From positions 1 to 35,829 of the IMG/VR virus record IMGVR_UViG_3300046025_000024: a stretch of DNA of 35,829 nt; one strand, given 5' to 3'. Positions within the stretch are counted from its first letter, which is position 1. Every line of letters begins with the position of its first letter. The translations under genes and the position numbers were made by a program. This stretch comes from a virus. Taxonomy: Duplodnaviria > Caudoviricetes. Under the pieces are notes generated by a model. It saw only the letters and a list, made by a program, of their open reading frames with translations, had not been told where the DNA came from and searched no databases. Of this stretch, positions 34,090-35,829 are shown piece by piece.

Positions 34090-34792
34090 CGACCGGCTGG
34101 ACGAGCTCGCGGAGCGGGACGACCTGCTCCTGTTGAGCGACAGCAACGACCGGACCGCCTATCTCGGCGGCGGCCCCGACCACTTCGTTAGCGAAGTCCA
34201 CGACGACTCGCCGGGACCCCAGCAGAAGACCATCGAACGCGCGGCCGCGAAGCGGATGGTCCGTGGCTGGAACGTCGTCGGCTTCGAGGACGTCCCTCGA
34301 GCCGACGAGTTCGAGCCGCCCGCGTGGGTCGGCGAGTACGAGACGGAGACGTACCGCGGGTTGATGCTCTACCCGGCGCCCGGGGACTGGGAGCTCTCGA
34401 TCGTCGAGGGAGACTGCATCAGATGGAAGCGCCCGGAGATGCCCGGGCCCGAGGACCAGTACTGGGAGTCGCACGACTCCTGGAGCCCGGACAACGAAGC
34501 CGGGACGATCAACGAGTTCGAGCTCGGCGGCGGCTTCAACCCCGACGAGACGGTCACCACCCGGTTCTCCGTCGACGGCGAGACCATCTTTTCGCTGACG
34601 GACCCCTCGCACGATGAACTGATGGCGCCCATCGCTGAGATCCTCGCCCGTGTCGCCGGCGACGAGGACCTCGAGGAGATCGTCGACGACGTCGAGCTCC
34701 CGAGCGACGCCGAGGAGCCGAAGACAGCCGAGGAGATCGCGGAGGAGAACGGCAGCACGCTCGGCGACTTCGCCGGTGGTCGCGATGACTGA
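34079..34792 (+). CDS. Hypothetical protein
   Basis: MSSDDRLDEL..., GGAGGTG SD, ends TLGDF. Confidence 0.8.
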   Translation: MSSDDRLDELAERDDLLLLSDSNDRTAYLGGGPDHFVSEVHDDSPGPQQKTIERAAAKRMVRGWNVVGFEDVPRADEFEPPAWVGEYETETYRGLMLYPAPGDWELSIVEGDCIRWKRPEMPGPEDQYWESHDSWSPDNEAGTINEFELGGGFNPDETVTTRFSVDGETIFSLTDPSHDELMAPIAEILARVAGDEDLEEIVDDVELPSDAEEPKTAEEIAEENGSTLGDFAGGRDD

Positions 34793-35117
34793 CGGCGAGG
34801 ACGAGTCCGGGGAAGTCCGGCAGATCGACGTGGACCGCCGCGGGGCGTACCTGACGTTCGACGCGCTCGAACGCGCGGCCTGCTGGGCGGTCGCCGCCGA
34901 CGAGATGGAAGTCGCGGCGGAATACGTGGACACGCTGATGCTCCACGAGTCCCAGCTCGACGACTGGCACGAGGACTACATGGAGGAGTCGGTGGTCCTC
35001 GCCGAGGAGGACCCCGAGATCGGGGCCCAGCAATACGAGGTCGTCGAGATGATCCGCGAGGTCCGGCGCTGGGCACTCGAGAACGACCACGACGTCGCGA
35101 GGTGGTTCGATGGGTGA
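34785..35117 (+). CDS. Hypothetical protein
   Basis: MTDGEDESGE..., acidic, coupled. Confidence 0.8.
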   Translation: MTDGEDESGEVRQIDVDRRGAYLTFDALERAACWAVAADEMEVAAEYVDTLMLHESQLDDWHEDYMEESVVLAEEDPEIGAQQYEVVEMIREVRRWALENDHDVARWFDG

Positions 35118-35448
35118 AGTGACGGTCTTCGAGTGCGACGTCACCGGCGACCGCTTCGGCGCGAAGAACCACGTCCTGGAGTTCGACATCCGGCGCCACG
35201 GCTCAGGCCCCTTTGAAGTCCGGGAGCGCACCGTCCACATCTCCGTCGAGGCGACGCTCGACGTCGTCGACGGTGGCGTGCCGAGCCGTATCGACTACGT
35301 CGGTATCGAGGACGGGGAGATCGTCGGCGCTGTTATCCCAATCGGCTACGGCAAAGAGAAGACCGCGACGTGGCGGGAACGCGACGATGTCGTCATCGAC
35401 TCCTATGAGGAGTTCTTCCAGTTCGTGGAGAAGGAGGTGCTCTACTGA
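35110..35448 (+). CDS. Hypothetical protein
   Basis: 112 aa, GAGGTG SD. Confidence 0.8.
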   Translation: MGEVTVFECDVTGDRFGAKNHVLEFDIRRHGSGPFEVRERTVHISVEATLDVVDGGVPSRIDYVGIEDGEIVGAVIPIGYGKEKTATWRERDDVVIDSYEEFFQFVEKEVLY

Positions 35449-35449
35449 G

Positions 35450-35593
35450 ATGTCCGGGAGCACCGAGTCCGGCGCTGGCCGTACCAGTACGACCGACTGG
35501 CTCGCCGAGGCGTCGTTCCACGTTGCGCTCGACATGTCCGACAGCGCCGAGGAGTTCGCGGCGAACCTCGGCTGGGGTGATCGCGATGTCTGA
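35450..35593 (+). CDS. Small hypothetical protein (47 aa)
   Basis: GGAGGTG SD; fills gap between coupled genes. Confidence 0.65.
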   Translation: MSGSTESGAGRTSTTDWLAEASFHVALDMSDSAEEFAANLGWGDRDV

Positions 35594-35768
35594 GCGCTCC
35601 GAGGCCGCCGCCGGGCTCCCCAGCACGTTCGAGGAGTTCCTCGAAGCGAGCGACATCCGGACCTGCAGGAGTTGCGGCGACGACATCCAGACGCGGTACA
35701 TCGAGGACGGCCGCTGCGTCGGCTGCCGCCACAGCCCCGGTTTCGAGGACGGTGGTCGCAATGTGTGA
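35586..35768 (+). CDS. Zinc-finger small protein (60 aa)
   Basis: CRSCG...CVGC; GGGGTGA SD. Confidence 0.75.
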   Translation: MSERSEAAAGLPSTFEEFLEASDIRTCRSCGDDIQTRYIEDGRCVGCRHSPGFEDGGRNV

Positions 35769-35829
35769 ACGCGTGACTGATCGACCTCGTCACGAACCAC
35801 GTGAAGCCCACTGCCAGTGTTGCGGCGGC
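35761..35829 (+). CDS. Start of a Cys-containing protein (partial)
   Basis: MCERVTDRPRHEPREAHCQCCGG runs off the window. Confidence 0.5.
   Translation, partial: MCERVTDRPRHEPREAHCQCCGG

Noticed and set aside
28740-35760. Recurrent DGG/EGG peptide at protein C-termini as a protein motif
   Set aside because: Explained by the embedded Shine-Dalgarno (GACGGAGGTG) of the next coupled gene

Overview
GC-rich DNA encoding very acidic proteins, consistent with a temperate head-tail (myovirus-type) virus or provirus of a haloarchaeon, broadly organised like phiH1/phiCh1. 1-21046 (+) is a morphogenesis operon: end of a probable portal, SPP1 gp7-like protein, protease-scaffold, decoration protein, major capsid protein, neck, sheath, tube, frameshifted tail chaperone, tape measure, baseplate, tail fibre and a lower-GC adhesin candidate. 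21300-28300 is a control/maintenance region: catalytic-domain-only tyrosine recombinase, DUF6788-like protein, parA-partner-HNH/RHH operon, two divergent wHTH switches and a candidate initiator gene with an iteron-rich origin. 28304-35829 (+) is a tightly coupled early operon (PadR-like regulator, PCNA, many small and zinc-finger proteins). The most unusual signals are non-coding: (1) three copies of a multi-stem leader RNA carrying CUGCUCCCACG just before start codons, plus an apparently free-standing structured RNA carrying the same motif; (2) three ACCTTACCAA-N29/30-TTGGTAAGGT sites bracketing the partition and replication modules; (3) a D-armless tRNA-like element in front of the capsid genes; (4) ten GGTACC-centred repeats in and before the putative rep gene. 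All family assignments come from motif recognition and gene order, and all folds were paired by eye; no searches or folding programs were run.
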